Positions 1 to 13,849 of a DNA stretch of 64,000 bases are shown one piece after another. The stretch comes from Sphyrna mokarran (lineage: Eukaryota): the NCBI GenBank assembly GCA_024679065.1, contig JAGIQG010000012.1:87234001-87298000 (forward strand), in the 5' to 3' direction. A program made the position numbers and the translations under genes. The notes under the pieces are model-generated. The model was not told where the DNA came from. It saw nothing but the letters and a program-made list of their open reading frames with translations, and ran no database searches. Position 1 is the stretch's first letter, and each line of letters starts with the position of its first letter.

Positions 1-759
1 TCCCTAAATTGTTTTCGCAGGACCTCCCTGCTCTTTCTGCCTACATCATTTGTACCAATGTGGATAAGAAAGTATAAAGTCTCACCTGAAAGCAGGTTTC
101 AAATCTGTATATTTAAGAATATATGACTGTGCATTATCTTCACTAATTTGTAACCTAACTAAAATAAAACCCAAGCAAAATACCGCATGTTTTGAAAATG
201 TGAAGTAAAGGAAACAGACAATGCTGGAATACTCAGCACTCTCGGAACACAGAGAAACAGTTACAATCAGATCAACCATGGATAACACAGCAGGACCGAG
301 GGGACGAGTGGCTGAATCCTGAGCCAGATTCATATCGCACATAATCTTTCAAGTTGAGAATCCTCCATTAGAATTTATCTTTTGCATTGCACTGGAGTGA
401 TCAACAATCCCTCAGGGTGCTGGCAAACCAAACTCATACTATAGAAACCCAGCTCTTGTTGAAACGTATCATTCTCTGGATCCGAGCTTTCTGCTCTGAC
501 TCCATTCTTTTATTCTTTCATGTCATCAGTGAACACTTTGTCCAGATGAGTTTTGTTTCTAAACACCGGATTCAGAAACTAGTTCAGATATTCTCTCCTC
601 ACCCTGGCTCCAAACACAGCTGGGTTTTTAAGGTTTAGTTTTGGCTGATGAAAATAACATTCTTCCTCTTCATTCACTGAACCTTCCTCCTCAAATCGAG
701 CTGATGCTCCACAGCAAACCCACAGAAGAAAGGCCAACTCCCCAAAAACAGTAAACTTT

Positions 760-1325
760 TGGGACAGTATGTCTCAGTATTGGGGCAGTGTGTCTCAGTG
801 TTGGGACTGTGTGTCTCAGTGCTGGGACCGTGTTTCTCAGTGTTGGGACTGTGTGTCTCAGTATTGGGACTGTGTGTCTCAGTGCTGGGACTGTGTGTCT
901 CAGTGTCAGGGCGGTGTGTCTCAGTGCTGGGACTGTGTGTCTCAGTGCTGGGACTGTGTATGTCAGTTTGGGATTGTGTGTCTCACTATTGGGGCTGTGT
1001 TTCTCAGTGTTAGGACAGTGTGTTTCAATATTTGGGACAGTGTATCTCAGTGTTGGGATTGTGTGTCTCAGTGTCAGGGCGGTGTGTCTCAGTGTTGGGA
1101 CTGTGTGTCTCAGTGCTGGGACTGTGTGTCTCAGTGCTGGGACTGTGTATCTCAGTTTGGGACTATGTGTCTCACTGTTGGGGCTGTGTGTCTCAGTGTT
1201 GGGACAGTGTGTCTCAATGTTTGGGACTGTGTGTCTCAGTGTTGAGACTGTGTCTCAGTGTTGGGACTGTGTGTCTCAGTGTTGGGGCTGTGTGTCTCAG
1301 TGTTGGGGCTGCGTGTCTCAGTGAT
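760..1325. repeat. 21-bp minisatellite (GGGACTGTGTGTCTCAGTGTT)n
   Basis: Tandem repeats; explains the repetitive ORFs at 759-1403. Confidence 0.9.
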
Positions 1326-1572
1326 GTTGTCACTTCCAACATGCCCATTATCCAGCTGCTAACTCCTGGCAGGGGTGGGGACGACAGGGTTAGAAATCAA
1401 TGAGTAATATGAAATTGTGAAACCTGCTTCACTGGACCTCCAGTCCCACACCCAACTTCTTCTGACATGGACCCATATCAGAGGGTTAGAGGGTCATAAA
1501 ATTGGTTCCATTGGTCGGCGAAACATCGAGGGCTGAAGGGCCTGTACTGCGCTGTAATGTTCTATGTTCTAT

Positions 1573-4281
1573 GTTCAGGAGGGACAGGATTGGGGGCAAA
1601 AGAGGTGATGGAGTGGTTCTGTTGATCAGGGACAGTGTCATGGCTGCAGAGAAGATGGAAGACGTGGAGGGAATGTCTACGGAGTCTCTGTGAATGGAAG
1701 TTAGGAACAGCAAAGGGTCGATAACTTTGCTGGGTGTATCCTATAGCGACAGGGAACTTGAGGTGCAGATAGGGAAACAGATCCTGGACAGATGTAGAAA
1801 TAACAAAGTTGTCGTGATGGGAGATTTCAATTTCTCAAACATCGACTGGAATTTCACAAAGGTAAGGGGTTTGGATGGTGTGGAGTTTGTTAGGTGTGGT
1901 CAGGAGGGTTTCCTGACACAGTACGTGGAAAAGCCTACGAGAGGAGAGGCTGTACTTGACCTGGTGCTGGCTAATGAGCCAGGGCAGGTGTTGGATCTCA
2001 CGGTAGGAGAGCATCTTGGGGATGGAGATCATAATTCTATCTCTTTCACGATAGCAATGGAAAGAGATAGGATCAGGCAGGCTAGGAAGGTGTATGCCTG
2101 GAGTAAGGGGAAATATGAAAAAATCACGCAGATAATTGGACGAATAAACTGGAAGGAGGTGTTCTTGGGGAAAAGTACAGAAGGAAAGTGACGGATATTC
2201 AAGGAATGTTCGTCTGGGGCTCTGCAAGACAACGTTCCGAGGAGACAAGGAGGTTTTGATAGGACGCGGGAACCGTGGAGCACGAAGTTTGTGGTGAATC
2301 TAGTCAGGAAGAAAAGAAAGGTGTATAAAAGGTTCAGAGAGCTAGGGGATGTTAGGGATCTAGAGGAGTATAAGGTGTATAGGAGGGAGCTTAAAAAGGA
2401 AATTAGGAGAGCCAGAAGGGGTCATGAGAAGGCCTTGGCAGGTAAGATTAAGGAGAATCCCAAGGCCTTCTACAAATATGTGAAAAGTAAAAGGATGAGA
2501 AGAGAAGGGATAGGGCCTATTAAAGGTGAAGGAGGAAAAGTCTGTGTGAATCCGGAAGAAATGGCAGAGGTGCTTAACGAGTACTTTGCCTTGGTATTCA
2601 TGGTGGAAAGTGATCTGGGAGGTTGTACTACAGGTTTGAGGCATATGGAAAAGATTGAGTATGTGGATGTTAGGAAAGAGGATGTGTTAGACCTGTTAAA
2701 TTCTATCAAGATAGACAAGTCACCAGGACCAGATGGGATGTACCCCAGGTTATTGTGGGAGGTGAGGGAAATGGTTGCAGAGCCCCTGGCGATGATCTTT
2801 GCGTCGTCCATGGAAACAGGAGAGGTTCCGGAGGATTGGAGGATTGCGGATGTGGTTCCTATCTTTAAGAAAGGGAACAGGGATAGTCCAGGAAATTACC
2901 GACCGGTGAGTCTGACTTCAGTGGTTGGTAAGCTGATGGAGAGGCTTCTGAGGGACAAGATTTATGAACATTTGGAGAAGTTTAGAATGATCAGAAATAG
3001 TCAGCATGGTTTTGTCAAGGGCAGGTCATGCCTTACGAGTCTAGTTGAGTTCTTCGAAAATGTGACTGAACGCATTGACGAAGGAAGAGCGATGGACGTG
3101 GTGTACATGGACTTTAGTAAGGTGTTTGATAAGGTCCCCTATGCTTCTTGAGAAGCTGAGAGGGCATGGGATCCAAGGGGCTTTGGCCTCGTGGATCCAA
3201 AACTGGCTTGCCGGCAGAAGGCAGAGAGTGGTTGTGAATGGGTCTTTTTCTGCATGGAGGTCGGTCACCAGTGGAGTGCCCCAGGGATCTGTTCTGGGAC
3301 CCCTGCTGTTTGTCATTTTCATAAATGACCTGGATAAGGAAGTGGAGGGATGGGTTAGCAAGTTCGCTGACGATACAAAGGTCAGTGGTGTTGTGGATGG
3401 TCTGGAGGGATATCAAAAGTTGCAGCGGGACATAGACAGGATGCAAGACTGGGTGGAGAAGTGGCAGATGGACCTCAACGCAGATAAATGTGTAGTGGTC
3501 CAGTTTGGCTAGAATAATGGGATGAAGGAGTACAATATCAAGGGTAGGGGTCTTAGCTGTGTTGTAGAGCAGAAGGATTTTGGGGTCCGGGTCCATAGGA
3601 CTCTTAAATCAGCCTCGCAGGTGGAGGATGTGGTCAAGAAGGCATATGGTGTACTGGTCTTCATTAATTGAGGGATTGAGTTTAGGAGTCAGGAGGTAAT
3701 GATGCAGTTTTATAAGGCCCTTGTCAGACCCCACTTGGAGTACTGTGCACAGTTCTGGTCGCCTCACTATAGGAAGGATGTGGAAGCTATTGAAAGAGTG
3801 CAGAGGAGATTTATAAGGATGCTGCCTGGATTGGAAGGCATGCCTTATGAAGATAGGTTGAGGGAGCTGGAACTCTTCTCCCTGGAGAGACGTAAGTTGT
3901 GAAGCGGCCTGATAGAGGTTTATAAAATGTTGAGAGGAATAGATAGGGTGGACTCTCAGAGACTATTTCCCCAGGCTGAAATGGTCGCTATGAGAGAACA
4001 CAGATTTAAGGTGCAGGGAAGCAAATACAGAGGGGATGTTAGGGGTAAGTTTTTCACTCAGAGTGTGGTGAGTGAATGGAACAGGCTGCCATTGGTGGTG
4101 GTAGAGGCGAACTCACTGCGGTCTTGTAAAAGACTTCTGGATGAGTACATGGGAACTAATGGGATAGGGGATTATAGATAGTTCTATGGATTGGTAGATA
4201 TAGATGTGATCGGCACAACTTGTGGGCCGAAGGGCCTGTTTGTGCTGTAGTATTCTATGTTCTATGTTCAATGTTCTATGT
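1573..4281 (+). mobile_element. CR1 LINE, 5'-truncated, disrupted ORF2 (APE endonuclease + RT)
   Basis: [28 protein letters not shown] and FADD motifs with stops/frameshifts; (GTTCTAT)n tail. Confidence 0.95.
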
Positions 4282-5024
4282 ACCCTGTCATTGACCCTCT
4301 GAACTCTAAAGAGGAAGCAGAATGTTTGCAAAATAGTGCAATGTGGTTAATTACTGTAATTCACTCTTCTTCTGTTTTGCAAATTCCCATTACTAAAGAG
4401 TTGCTTAACAGTTCCATGCCCTGGCTGCTGAATTGTTGTATTGAACAGATTAGGGAAATGCCGATTGTGAAAGACAAAATCTTCAGGCAATGAGGAGAAT
4501 TTGAAAAGTTTGAAGTTGTTTCCGTTGCTGAATTATTAAGTTAAATATCAGTCACCACTGAATCCTTTGGACAGGTAAAAAGCAGAAGCAAAAATGAGCA
4601 ATTTTATCAGGTACTGGATCACAGGCAGTGACTAGACCGTGTGTTGGAGCTCTCGGATGCACTAATGATGCTGGGTTAAATAAGCCTAAATTTTGTTTTA
4701 TTGACAAAAGGTTAATGTCAGAGTCAGGGATGAGCAGTGAATGTTCATTATCTGCCCATGAAGCTTTCTTTGGGTGAAGTGAAATGATAATAACCACCCT
4801 AAAAACTACCTTTAACAGACAAGGCCAGTCCTGTACAGACCAATACTGACTCTCCAATTAGCTCACACACGTTCAATTGCTCAATAACTCTGTCTAAAAC
4901 AAAGAATGGGTCCAAAGCTCCCAGAATCAATATTAAGCTCATACATCAGTAACTTTAGCTTTTGTCACCAAACCTTCCCGAGAATACAGAGCGACATTCC
5001 TTATTCTCTAGAGCAAAGACTCAA

Positions 5025-5288
5025 GCTGGAATTCTCCGGCCATTCTCATCCTGACACTGCTGCCAGTGGGAGCAGAGAATTTGTCGTGGAGCCAATTTGA
5101 CGCTCACTGCGACGGGACTGGAGAATCCCAGCTGCGGGCGAGGTCGGAGAATCCCAGCCGCGGGCGAGGTCGGAGAATCCCAGCCGCGGGCGAGACCGGA
5201 GAATCCCAGCCGCGGGCGAGGTCGTAGAATCCCAGCCGCAGGCGAGACTGGAGAATCCCAGCCGCTGGTGAGGTCGGAGAATCCCAGC
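5025..5288. mobile_element. Short MITE-like element whose right terminus is amplified as 7 x 26-bp tandem repeats
   Basis: GCTGGAATTCTCC at 5025; its near reverse complement GGAGAATCCCAGC recurs every 26 bp from 5120 to 5288. Confidence 0.55.
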
Positions 5289-5526
5289 TGAAGGTGAGGT
5301 TGAAGAACTTCAGCTGCAATTTCTGATTCTCTAGTGTTTGGAAAATCACATTTACAATATCCTCACCTGACCTTTTAATATTTTGACATGGAAACCATCA
5401 AGTCCTGGAGATTTATCAATTGTAAATCCCACTTACTTACTCCACTAACATTGTCTTTACATATTTTAAATCCAATTTGATTTTTCTAAAAGGCTGCAAC
5501 ATTATCATTTAATAAACTCTCATAAC

Positions 5527-5682
5527 GGGCCAGTACGGTGACACAGTGGGTTAGCATTGCTGCCTCACAGCGCCAGGAAACTAGGTTTGAATTGTGGCTT
5601 GGGTCACTGTCTGTGTGGAATCTGCATGTTCTGCCCGTGTCTGCATGGGTTTCCTCCAGGCACTCCCATTTTCTCCCACAGC
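5527..5682 (+). mobile_element. HE1-like tRNA-derived V-SINE fragment
   Basis: GGTGACACAGTGGGTTAGCATTGCTGCCTCACAGCGCCAGG head followed by V-domain sequence. Confidence 0.8.
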
Positions 5683-5724
5683 CTGAACAAAGTGCCAGTT
5701 ACCTTGAAAGCCCTCTAATCTACT

Positions 5725-6127
5725 AGAGAGGGCTGCTCTTGGATTTTTTTCGAAAGTATCCTAGTGCTTCACATCGTTAGTGTACGCTTGACCTGGATCA
5801 TTTGATGGGCAACACAACAGCTCAGTGACTATCGCTGTGCTGTGCAGATACATGGATTTGGGCCTGTGTCTGTGGGAGTTTGCGCATTCTCCCCGTGCTT
5901 GCGTGGGTTTTCTCCGGGTGCTCCGGTTTCCTCCCACATCCCAAAGATGTGCTCTTAGTCTAATTGGCAAAACAAATTCTCCCTAAATTGTTTCAAATTT
6001 GGTTTTAATCCATAGATCAATAAACATAGACAAGGATCACGGGTAGAGGTGGAACATCGGGGTGGCGGCACAGGCTCGTTGAGCCGAAGGGCCTGTTTCC
6101 CGTGCTGTTTTGTTCTTTGTTCTTTGT
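5725..6127 (+). mobile_element. 3' UTR fragment of CR1 subfamily carrying a V-SINE segment, (GTTCTTT)n tail
   Basis: Matches the tails at 16742-17282, 47388-48191 and 60855-61421. Confidence 0.75.
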
Positions 6128-6338
6128 ACAGGGCAGTATTCTCACACGTGCAGTGAACTGGGCTGGATGTCTCAGTGTAAGATCTGACACTGAATTTTCC
6201 CGTTGAACCACGAGAAAGCCTGAAGTATCACAATGCTTAAACAGGAACGTGACCACAAAATACACATCACCCACTCAGAATCCAAAAACAAAACCCCAAA
6301 GCACTCAAAACCAAAGTCAACTCTGGCTGTTTACTTAC

Positions 6339-6384
6339 CCGTTATGAAGACCAGGGTCAGGACTGAAAGAAATGGCTGAAACAT
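6339..6384 (-). CDS. Leader exon of a probable second, downstream gene (MFQPFLSVLTLVFIT)
   Basis: ATG, 15 hydrophobic codons, G|GTAAGT phase-1 donor. No V exon found between it and the window start. Confidence 0.55.
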
Positions 6385-6435
6385 TTTAAACCAACTTATT
6401 CTTCAAAGACTAACTTTGTGTTCTATCATACCGAG

Positions 6436-6520
6436 TGTATATAAAACCACTGGTATTGCAAATGTGGCTGAATTTATTGCAGTTCATGGGACTGAAATAT
6501 AACCACAGAAAGAGGAAGAA
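6436..6520 (-). promoter_or_regulatory. Putative haematopoietic promoter of the 6339-6384 leader
   Basis: TATA-like sequence at about 6436-6447. Adjacent RUNX-like (AACCACA, 6501-6507) and ETS/PU.1-like (AGAGGAAG, 6511-6518) matches. Motif matches only. Confidence 0.3.
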
Positions 6521-7007
6521 ATACACAAATCAGGAAACAAGTGCACAGACCCTTTTGCACCAATCACCTTCAATGTCTATTCTATTGAATACAACACAGA
6601 ATCGGGGAGGGCGAGGGACAGACAATGGGAAGGTCGTTAACCTTGGCTGGGATGTTATGTTTCAGGATGATGGAGCTGTAAAATCCCGCAATGACTCTAA
6701 CTCTGGTTAAGATCCACAGGCACTGTGTAAGCTTTAGACTGTGCAGTCAATTCCCAAAAAATGGTCAAGATCAAGAGTGGTTTCAAATCAGTTCATTAAA
6801 TGGTTTGTTAATGCAATGGTTTGAGTATTATCCCTAAACCAAATAGACATGGAAAGTACATGACCTGTGAGAGGTGAGAATGGTTTCACAGTCCAGGAGG
6901 ACACACAGATGATAGAGTGAGTGTCAATCTCTGTAATTTCTGTTCTCCAGTTGAAGAGGTAGGAAGCTCTTTCCCCAAAATCCTCACTCTCCTCCCATCC
7001 CATCCCA

Positions 7008-9229
7008 CGTTCACCTTAGTGATAGAAATGGATACGCATGAACCAGGAGGCAGTAGTTATAGCTGGGGGAATGGTAATTATGAGGCTATTAGGAGAGATT
7101 TAGGGTGCATAGGTTGGACTAGGAAACTACAGGGACTGGGAACATCTGAAATGTGGAGCTTATTCAAGGAACAGCTACTGCGAGTCCTTGAAAAGTATGT
7201 CCCTGTCAGGCAAGGAGGAAATGGTCGAGTAAGGGAACCGTGGTGTACTAAAAAAGTTAATTCACTGGTTAAAAGGAAAAAGGAGGCTTATGTCAAGATG
7301 AGGCTTGAAGGCTCAGTTAGTGCACTGGAAAGTTATAGATTAGCCAGGAGGGAGCTAAAGGGTGAGTTAAGAAGAGCTAAAAGAGGACACAAGAAGACTT
7401 TGGCTGATAGGATCAAGGAGAATCCTAAAGCTTTCTTTAGATATGTTAAGAATAGAAGATGGGTTAGGGCAAGATTAGGGCCAGTCATAGACAGCAGTGG
7501 GAAGTTGTGCGTGGAGCCTGAAGAGATTGGAGAGGCACTGAACAAATATTTCTCTTCGGTATTCACGCAGGGAGATGTAAATTTAGTTGTGGAGAACACT
7601 GGGATACAGGGTTGTAAACTGGAAAGTATTGAAGTAGATAAGGAGGATGTGCTAGATATTCTTGAGGGTATGAAAATAGATAAGTCCCCTGGGCCGGACG
7701 GGATTTACCCTAGGATTCTCTGGGAGGCAAGAGAGGTGATTGCAGAGCCTTTGGCTCTGATCTTCAGGTCGTCGTTGGTTACAGGTATAGTGCCGGAAGA
7801 CTGGAGGATAGCAAATGTTGTCCCATTGTTCAAGAAGGGAATAGAGACTTTCCTGGGAATTATAGACCGGTGAGTCTTACTTCTGTTGTGGGCAAAGTAC
7901 TGGAAAGAATTATTAGGGATAGGATTTATAGTTATTTAGAGAGAAATGAATTGATTGGGGATAGTCAGCATGGTTTTGTGAAGTGTAGGTCGTGCCTTAC
8001 TAACCTCATTGAGTTTTTTGAAAAAGTGACCAAAGAGGTGGATGGGGGTAAGGCGGTTGATGTGGTATATATGGACTTTAGTAAGGCGTTTGATAAGGTG
8101 GCCCATGGAAGGCTTCTGCAGAAAATGCAGATGTGTGGGATTGAGGGTGATTTAGCTAATTGGATTAGGAATTGGCTAGCAGATAGAAGACAGGGGGTGG
8201 TGGTTGATGGGAGATATTCATCGTGGAGTTCGGTTACAAGTGGTGTACCTCAGGGGTCTGTTTTGGGGCCCCTGCTGTTTGTAATTTTTATAAATGATCT
8301 GGATGAGGGTATTGAAGGATGGATTAGTAAATTTGCGGATGACACCCAAAGTCGGAGGAGTGGTAGATAGTGAAGAGGGGTGTTATAGTTTGCAGAGAGA
8401 CTTGGACAAGTTGCAGAGCTGGGCCGAGAGGTGGCAAATGGAGTTTAATGCGGAAAAATGTGAGGTAATTCACTTTGGCAGGAATAACAAATGTGTAGAG
8501 TATAGGGCTAATGGTAGGACTCTTAATAGTGTTGAAGAACAGAGGGATCGTGGTGTATGTGTGCATAGATCCCTGAAAGTTGGCAATCAAGTCGATAAGG
8601 TTGTTAAGAAGGCATACGGAGTCTTAGCTTTTATTGGTAGGGGGATTGAATTTCGGAGCCGCAACGCCATGTTGCAACTGTACAAAACTCTAGTGCGGCC
8701 GCACTTGGAGTATTGTGTGCAGTTCTGGTCCCCACATTATAAGAAAGATGTGGAGACAGTGGAGAGGGTACAGAGGAGGTTTACCAGGATGTTGCCTGGT
8801 ATGGAGGGCAGGTCTTATGAAGAGAGGCTGAGGGATTTGAGGTTGTTTTCGTTAGAAAGGAGGCGGCTAAGAGGGGACCTAATCGAAACATATAAGATGA
8901 TTAGAGGTTTAGATAGGGAGGACAGTGATAGCCTTTTTCCTAGGATGGAGAAAGCTAGCACGAGGGGACATAGCTTTAAATTAAGGGGTGGTAGTTATAG
9001 GACGGATGTCAGAGGTAGGTTCTTTACCCAGAGGGTGGTAAGGGTATGGAATGCCCTGCCTGCTGCAGTTGTAGATGCGCCAAGTTTGGGGGTGTTTAAG
9101 AGGTTAGTAGAAAGTTTATGGATGAAAAGGGAATGGTTTAGGTTAGAGGGTCATTGCTTTTTCTTAATTGGTCGGCGCAACATCAAGGGCCGAAGGGCCT
9201 GTTCTGTGCTGTAATGTTCTATGTTCTAT
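7008..9229 (+). mobile_element. CR1 LINE, 5'-truncated ORF2 with frameshifts
   Basis: RT motifs in ORFs 6917-9214; GTTCTAT tail. Confidence 0.95.
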
Positions 9230-9231
9230 CT

Positions 9232-9957
9232 CCCCCACTCTTCCAAAACTCCCTCACACCCATCCCCTTAGACTCTCATCCTTCCAAATCCCCCTCATTT
9301 TTTCCCATCTGCCTCACTCTTCCCCATCTCCTTTATTTTCCACAGATTCCCTCACTCTCCTCCCAAACTCCCTCACTCTCCCCTGGACCACCTCACTCTC
9401 CTCCCAAACTCCCTCACTCTCCCCTGGACCACCTCACTCTTCCCCAGACTCCCTCACTTTTTTCTGGACTCCCTTACGGGTGACGGATCAGAGACACGGG
9501 GTGACGGATCAGAGACACGCAGTGATGGATCAGAGACACGGTGATGGATCAGAGAGACACGGTGACGGATCAGAGACATGGGGTGATGGATCAGAGACAC
9601 GGTGACGGATCAGATACATGGGGTGATGGATCAGAGACACACAGTGATGAATCAGACTCACAGTGATGGATCAGAGACACGGGGTGATGGATCAGAGACA
9701 CAGGGTGATGGATCAGAGACACGGGGTGATGGATCAGAGACACGGTGACGGATCAGAGACACAGGGTGATGGATCAGAGACATGGTGACGGATCAGAGAC
9801 ATGGGGTGATGGATCAGAGACACGGGGTGATGGATCAGAGACACGGTGACGGATCAGAGACACAGGGTGATGGATCAGAGACACGGGGTGATGGATCAGA
9901 GACAAGGGGTGATGGATCAGAGACACGGTGACGGATCAGAGACATGGGGTGATGGAT
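9232..9957. repeat. Pyrimidine-rich degenerate repeat (9232-9475) plus 19-21-bp minisatellite (GGTGATGGATCAGAGACAC[GG])n (9478-9957)
   Basis: Tandem repeats. Confidence 0.85.
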
Positions 9958-12433
9958 TCTGACAGTTCACCAAGGAGAACATCCAAGGGGGCAGAGGTTG
10001 GAAGTTTCAATGGGGGAGCAGAGCCAATATCACCCTGGGACCCCCACCCTTTCCCCACCAAATTTCCATACCCTTACCTGGTCTTGGTGGGATCACACCT
10101 GGAATATTGTGTGCAGGTTTGGTCTGCTTATTTAAGAAAGGATTTCGTTGTCAGAGAGGGAGAGCAGAGAAGTTTCACCAGACTGATTGCTGAGATGGTG
10201 AGATTGTCATATGAGGAGAGATTGGGTCGATTGGGCCTGTATTGTCTGGAATTTGGAAGGATGGGAGGGGATTTCATTTACACACATCCTAGGGTAAGAT
10301 TTTAAGGATGGTGAGTGATTGGTGCTCACCATCGCTCCATCCAGAGTGTAACACACAGCGGACAACTCTCAATCTCCCACTGTCCTTTAACGCTCACTGG
10401 AACAGAACGGGAGCGGAAAATCCCGGCCTTTGATTCCCATCGACTCCAGTTTCACTCGGGCTCCTTGAATCCACACTCAGTCAAATGCTGCCTTGATGTC
10501 GAGGGCAGTCACTCTCACCTCACCCTCTGGAGTCCAGTTCTTTTATCCATGTTTGAACCAAGGCTGTAATGAGGTCAGGAGCTGAGTGACCCTGGGCAAA
10601 ACTCAAACTGAGTGTCCGTGAGCAGGTTATTGCTGAGTTAGTGCCTCTTGATTACACTGTTGATGACCTCTCCCATCACTTTGCTGATGATTATACAATA
10701 TACTATTCAGAGCTTCTCTGTCTCAGATGGAGATGTGGTTTACAATTTCACAGAGACATTCTTCAATTCTTCAATCCCTAAACCCGAGCACGATGGCAGG
10801 TTGGTGATGGTGAGAGTCAATGTTGCTGTAATGTTCTATGTTCTATGTTCTATGTTGTGTGGAATGGTTTACAGGAGGTCATGAATACATTGACATCACA
10901 GATTAATTATTGGAAAATTCACTTTGACATCGATATTCCATTTTGGAACGGAAAATAATGAGCTCAGATTGTTTGGAAATGTCGAATGCAAATAGATATG
11001 GGAGGATCTGGGAGAATAAACACACAGATCACTGACAGGAATAGCACAGACCAATAAGATCATCACAAAAACAAAACAAAGGCTGAGTTTTTATGTCTTG
11101 AGGGATAGGATTGAAAAGTTGTGATGTTTCATTGAGCTGTTATCAATCCTCACTTCCTCACCATTTAGACCACAGTTTACATTTCTGGTCAATATTTTAG
11201 AAAGAAGATGGAGAGACTTTGAAGAAAGTACAAAGAGGATTTACAAAGATCAACCAAGACTGGAAATTATTCCAATCAGGAAAAGATAATTAGGCTGGGT
11301 TCTTTCCTCTTGCAAACAGAAGACAAATGATTATTTGCAAATTCATTCATGGGATGTGGGTGTCAGTGGCTGGTCCAGCATTTATTACCCATCACTAACT
11401 CCCCTCCATTTCAGCAGGCATTGTTCAGACTCAACCACATTGCTGTGGCTCTGAAGTCACATGTAGGCCAGACTGGGTAAGGACGGCAGATTTCCTTCCC
11501 TAAAGGACATGAGTGATCTCATGGAGATGTTTAAAATGATGGAAGGTTTTGATAGAGGGACAGAGAGAGTCTGCATTTGTGGAGAAGAATGAAAAGAGAG
11601 AGCATCGATATCAGATAGTCACTGATCAATCCAATGAGAAATTGAGAAGAAAGATCTTTCCCCAGAGAGTGGTCAGAATGTGGAACTCACAGCAAGTGGC
11701 TCAAGTGTTCCCATGCAGCTGATGTCACTGCTGAACAAGTCAGAGGCCAGGATGGAAGCTGGTTTGATGGATTTTTTATTTCGATCCATGGATGGAGCTG
11801 CTGAACAGAGTCACAGGACTGCCAATCAACTCTGAACAAAAGATCAAACATTTATTCAAGAACAGATTGGCTAGAACACACTATTCCTTCACCCAGCTAG
11901 ACTTTTACAGATATGTACAGATTGTTAGCGATAACACAAGTTACTAAATCCAATCTTAAACTCAAATATACTCAGTAAGCACACAGTCCATATAAACCAA
12001 GAGAAAAGTTGTGATCGGTCATCCCACACTCTGAAATTAAGTGAGAGATGCCAACAAAACAATTTCTGTTGATTTCTCATCCATTCTACCCCCCAACCCC
12101 AAATTCCCCCTTCCCCCTCCTCCCACCAATGGTAATCCTGCTGTGAGCCAATTGGCCTCACTGGTTCTCTGCCTTTCACAGGAGGATTTCCAATCACTGC
12201 TCTCGAAGACTCTTCTCCCAATTGATGCTTTTACTCAATGACATTGCCAGAGATCTACCTCCAGGGTTTCAACCTCTCCTTCTGATATTCCTCTGCCCAG
12301 AATTGCCACATGCATCCAGCTTCACCTCCCACACACTCTCTCAGGTGCCCAGTTGTGCCAACAGAACACAATTGCTTCACAGGCTGCACTTACTTGTTAC
12401 CAATCTTCCACAAGCTGACATGACCCAGGTCTG

Positions 12434-13037
12434 AGGATTGAATTTCGGGGATTGAATTTCGGAACTGCAACGTCATGTTGCAACTGTACAAAACTCTAGT
12501 GAGGCCGCACTTGGAGTATTGTGTGCAGTTCTGGTCCCCGCATTATAAGAAAGATGTGGAGGCATTGGAGAGGGTACAGAGGAGGTGTACCAGGATGTTG
12601 CCTGGTATGGAGGGCAGGTCTTATGAGGAGAGGCTGAGGAATTTGAGGTTGTTTTCGTTAGAAAGGAGGAGGCTAAGAGGGGACCTGATCGAAACATATA
12701 AGATGATTAGAGGTTTAGATAGGGTGGACAGTGATAGCCTTTTTCCTCGGATGGAGAAAGCGAGCACGAGGGGACATAGCTTTTAATTAAGGGGTGGTAG
12801 TTATAGGACAGATGTCAGAGGTAGGTTCTTTACCCAGAGGGTGGTAATGGAATGCCCTGCCTGCTGCAGTTGTAGATGTGCCAAGTTTGGTGGTGTTTAA
12901 GAGGTTAGTTGATAAGTTTATGGATGAAAAGGGGATGGTTTAGGTTAGAGGGTCATTGCTTTTTCTTAATTGCTCGGCGCAACATGGAAGGCCGAAGGGC
13001 CTGTTCTGCGCTGTAATGTTCTATGTTCTGTGTTCTA
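12434..13037 (+). mobile_element. CR1 3' fragment
   Basis: [19 protein letters not shown] motif and tail. Confidence 0.9.
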
Positions 13038-13823
13038 GGTCTGTACCCTGCAGCCCTATCTTTAACTTGGAGCCTCTCTCTCTGCTCTTGACTTCACTGA
13101 ACGCAACCTTTTCCCAGATTTCTATTCTTCATTCCTTTATCTTCCTGAAACTCCGTTCTGTCCCAGTCCCTGGACGTGAGGACTTTGTTCTTTAGCTTGG
13201 GGCTAGCTTTCTGTCGCTGTGCATTGTCCCACATTTTCCAGCAGTTCCTGAGAGAGTTGCTTACTCCTGGGTTCCTTTCTTTCAATGGAACTAACTGCTC
13301 TGACTGTCTGTGTGTGGCTCCTGGTTACTGAGCAATTGCCTCTTTATTTAACCCTGTATTAGCTTTAACATTGTAAAACCATCAATACAATACAGACATT
13401 TAAACCGTGCTACAGACTTGCAAGCAACTTTTAAAAATGAAACTAAAATTGAAGATTTAATCCTTTTAGCACAAATACAGAATCACAGAATGAAGCTTAA
13501 TTGGGGTCAGGGTGTAGGGGAGGGGATGGTTTGTTGGGTTGGGTGTTAGTGTGGAAGATCAGGAGTTAGGACTTTGTATCGGAGAGAAGGTGGATGGATT
13601 GCTGAGAAGAACGTAAAGGAGAATGGGGAAATGGGGTGAAGGGAGGTAGATTGCTGAGGAGTGTGGAAATGGGGAAAGATACTGGGTAGAATTGGGGAAG
13701 TGGGGAGAATGTGAGGATAAGGAGTTAATCAATGAAACGAGGTCACTGTTTTAAACGTGTTCTTGATGGTCCTGATTCCCCTACTCTCAGAATGGTATCA
13801 TCTGAAATATCTTCTTCTGTAGT

Positions 13824-13849
13824 TCAGTAATCACGAGTTTGTTTATTGC
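13824..13849 (-). CDS. Candidate terminal coding exon (GNKQTRDY*)
   Basis: tttttaattttgtttgaacag| acceptor, phase 1, short frame to TGA. Other nearby acceptors are possible. Confidence 0.3.

Noticed and set aside
759-1403. Overlapping Cys/Val-rich ORFs
   Set aside because: Translation of a stop-free 21-bp minisatellite.
4556-4685. Possible exon or degenerate leader on the minus strand (VIQYLIKLLIFASAFYLSKG)
   Set aside because: No ATG in that frame, and weak acceptor and donor.
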